Both the position numbers and the translations under genes were made by a program. Of a stretch of DNA of 64,000 nucleotides, positions 62,306 through 64,000 are shown piece by piece; positions within the stretch are counted from its first letter, which is position 1; the number at the start of each line of letters is the position of its first letter. The DNA comes from an uncultured bacterium. Its GTDB lineage: Bacteria > Babelota > Babeliae > Babelales > JACPOV01. The stretch is from NCBI GenBank assembly GCA_963744715.1, contig CAVUUR010000009.1, positions 98,766 through 162,765 on the forward strand, read 5' to 3'. The notes under the pieces were generated by a model. That model was not told the origin of the DNA, made no database searches, and worked only from the letters and a program-made list of their open reading frames with translations.

Positions 62306-63886
62306 ATGAGCATTTCAATACGCAATGTTTTTTCAGCAAGCTTCTTTGTATGGCTTACGGCAGCTATTCTTGGATTATGTTACTTGTTTACTATTTCCGA
62401 TGGTAAAATAGCGCTACGGCAAGACCGCCTCAAATTCGGCATCGACCTTGTGGGAGGAACGTACATTACGCTTGAGGTACAAACCGACAAAGCTCTGGAA
62501 ATTGAATTAATTGATAAAGGACAAAATATACTTAAGCGAATGAAAGATGCTCATATAGCTTTGCCAATTGCGCAGTTACAAGAAAAAGATACACTTATTT
62601 GGAAATTTGAGACTATTAATCAAGTATACGATGCGGCTCAGTTTATTAAAAATGATCCATCGTTTGTAACAAAGAGTGATCAACAAGAATTAAGAATACA
62701 ATTTAAAGAAAGTGCCGCTCATAAAATTAAGGAATGGGCAGTCCAAGGGAATATTGAAGTGTTGCGCACAAGGCTTGATAGATTGGGAGTTGGTGAAATT
62801 CATATAGCATCTCAAGGTGAAAAAAATATTGTCATTGATTTGCCCAACGTTGATAATCCTCAAAAAGCGCGTGCAATGATTGGCAAGCCTGCGTTGCTTG
62901 AAGTTAAATTGGTAGAACGATCTAGTGGTAGCAAAGAAGATATTCTTGATGCGTACGATGGAGAACTACCAGAAGGAATGGAGATTTTACCCGGTAAGCC
63001 TGGGGCCGATGGTTTTGCGCGACAGTATTACTTGGTTCCTCGCTATACTGATTTAACCGGGCGTTTACTTAAAGATGCTTATGCAGGATTTGCTGAAAAC
63101 ACCCAATCTGGAGTAGTTGTTCATTTTAAATTCAATCCTGAGGGCGGCGAAAAGTTTTATGAATTAACGCGCAAAAATTATAATCGCCAAATAGCATTGA
63201 TCCTTGATGGGGAAGTTATTTCCGCTCCTCGTATTTCGGTGCCTATTAGCACAGAAGGGTATATTCACGGTGATTTTACTACTGAAACTGCTCATGAACT
63301 TGCATTACTGTTAAAATCAGGAGCATTTGTTGCACCGGTTAGCTTTGAAGAAGAACGTCAGATTGGGCCTTCATTGGGTCAAGAGTCAATTCGTCAAGGG
63401 CTTATCGCTTGTTTAGTAGGATTAATTTTACTGTTTATATTTAGCATATTGTTTTATAAGGTTGCCGGGTTTTATGCCTTTGTTACCCTGTTATATAATT
63501 TATTGATTATTATGTTGGCGTTGTCCTGGTTGCACGCAACCTTAACCTTGCCCGGTATTGCAGGTATGGTTCTAACCTTGGGTATGGCAATTGATGCTTC
63601 GATTCTGATTTATGAGAAAATTAAGGAAGAATTGTCGCGTGGTGTTACGTTAAAAAAAGCGGTCGATGTTGGTTTTTCTGATGCAATGACCGTCATTCTT
63701 GATTCGAATATCACTACCTTCTTAGTCGGTATTGTTTTATATAAATTTGGAACAGGCCCTATTCAAGGGTTTGCCGTTACGATGATGGTAGGTATTATTG
63801 CAACATTGGTAACAGGGTTATTCTTTTTGCGTTCATTATTTAACTTTACGTTATATAATTTAGATGTGCAAAAATTGAAAATTTAA
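62306..63886 (+). CDS. secD: Protein translocase subunit SecD
   Basis: FGIDLVGG, IGPSLG, TLTLPGIAG, GMAIDA, GPIQGFA. Confidence 0.95.
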   Translation: MSISIRNVFSASFFVWLTAAILGLCYLFTISDGKIALRQDRLKFGIDLVGGTYITLEVQTDKALEIELIDKGQNILKRMKDAHIALPIAQLQEKDTLIWKFETINQVYDAAQFIKNDPSFVTKSDQQELRIQFKESAAHKIKEWAVQGNIEVLRTRLDRLGVGEIHIASQGEKNIVIDLPNVDNPQKARAMIGKPALLEVKLVERSSGSKEDILDAYDGELPEGMEILPGKPGADGFARQYYLVPRYTDLTGRLLKDAYAGFAENTQSGVVVHFKFNPEGGEKFYELTRKNYNRQIALILDGEVISAPRISVPISTEGYIHGDFTTETAHELALLLKSGAFVAPVSFEEERQIGPSLGQESIRQGLIACLVGLILLFIFSILFYKVAGFYAFVTLLYNLLIIMLALSWLHATLTLPGIAGMVLTLGMAIDASILIYEKIKEELSRGVTLKKAVDVGFSDAMTVILDSNITTFLVGIVLYKFGTGPIQGFAVTMMVGIIATLVTGLFFLRSLFNFTLYNLDVQKLKI

Positions 63887-63920
63887 GTATAATTAGTATG
63901 AAATAATAAGGATAACTATT

Positions 63921-63997
63921 GGCGACGTAGCTCAGTTGGTTAGAGCGGCGGAATCATAATCCGTAGGTCCGCGGTTCGAATCCGCGCGTCGCCACCA
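63921..63997 (+). tRNA. tRNA-Met(CAT), elongator
   Basis: GGCGACG acceptor paired at 1:72, anticodon CAT, TTCGAATC, CCA. Confidence 0.88.
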
Positions 63998-64000
63998 TTT

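Overview
AT-rich bacterial chromosome segment. The gene content suggests a host-dependent intracellular bacterium, plausibly Dependentiae/Babelota (TM6); this is inference from the missing uL30 gene, the many orphan Sec-secreted proteins and a eukaryote-like F-box motif. Bases 1-18.8 kb hold the str-S10-spc-alpha ribosomal protein superoperon (rpsL end to rplQ). Several essential genes (rpsG, fusA, tuf, rplO, secY, rpoA, rplQ, gap, serS) are broken by single-base indels, most likely sequencing/assembly errors. Bases 19-30 kb hold two arrays of paralogous orphan secreted proteins flanking an SbcC/Rad50-type ATPase. The rest mixes housekeeping genes, three tRNAs and more secreted orphans. Most notable: (1) a compact polymorphic toxin locus at 40.9-44.6 kb, comprising signal peptide + degenerate Hint domain + Gly-rich hydrophobic segment + Ntox21/CdiA-CT(ECL)-like rRNase tip, its cognate CdiI-like immunity gene and a five-gene putative immunity array; (2) two short leader-peptide attenuators below the ORF-track cutoff (one Tyr-rich, one Tyr/Phe/Trp-rich) in front of duplicated ABC substrate-binding genes, and a possible third before a Na+/solute symporter; (3) many secreted proteins whose predicted mature N-terminus is Met; (4) candidate host effectors (F-box, clan CD-like Cys protease, zincin). 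All family assignments are by-eye motif recognition; no searches were run.
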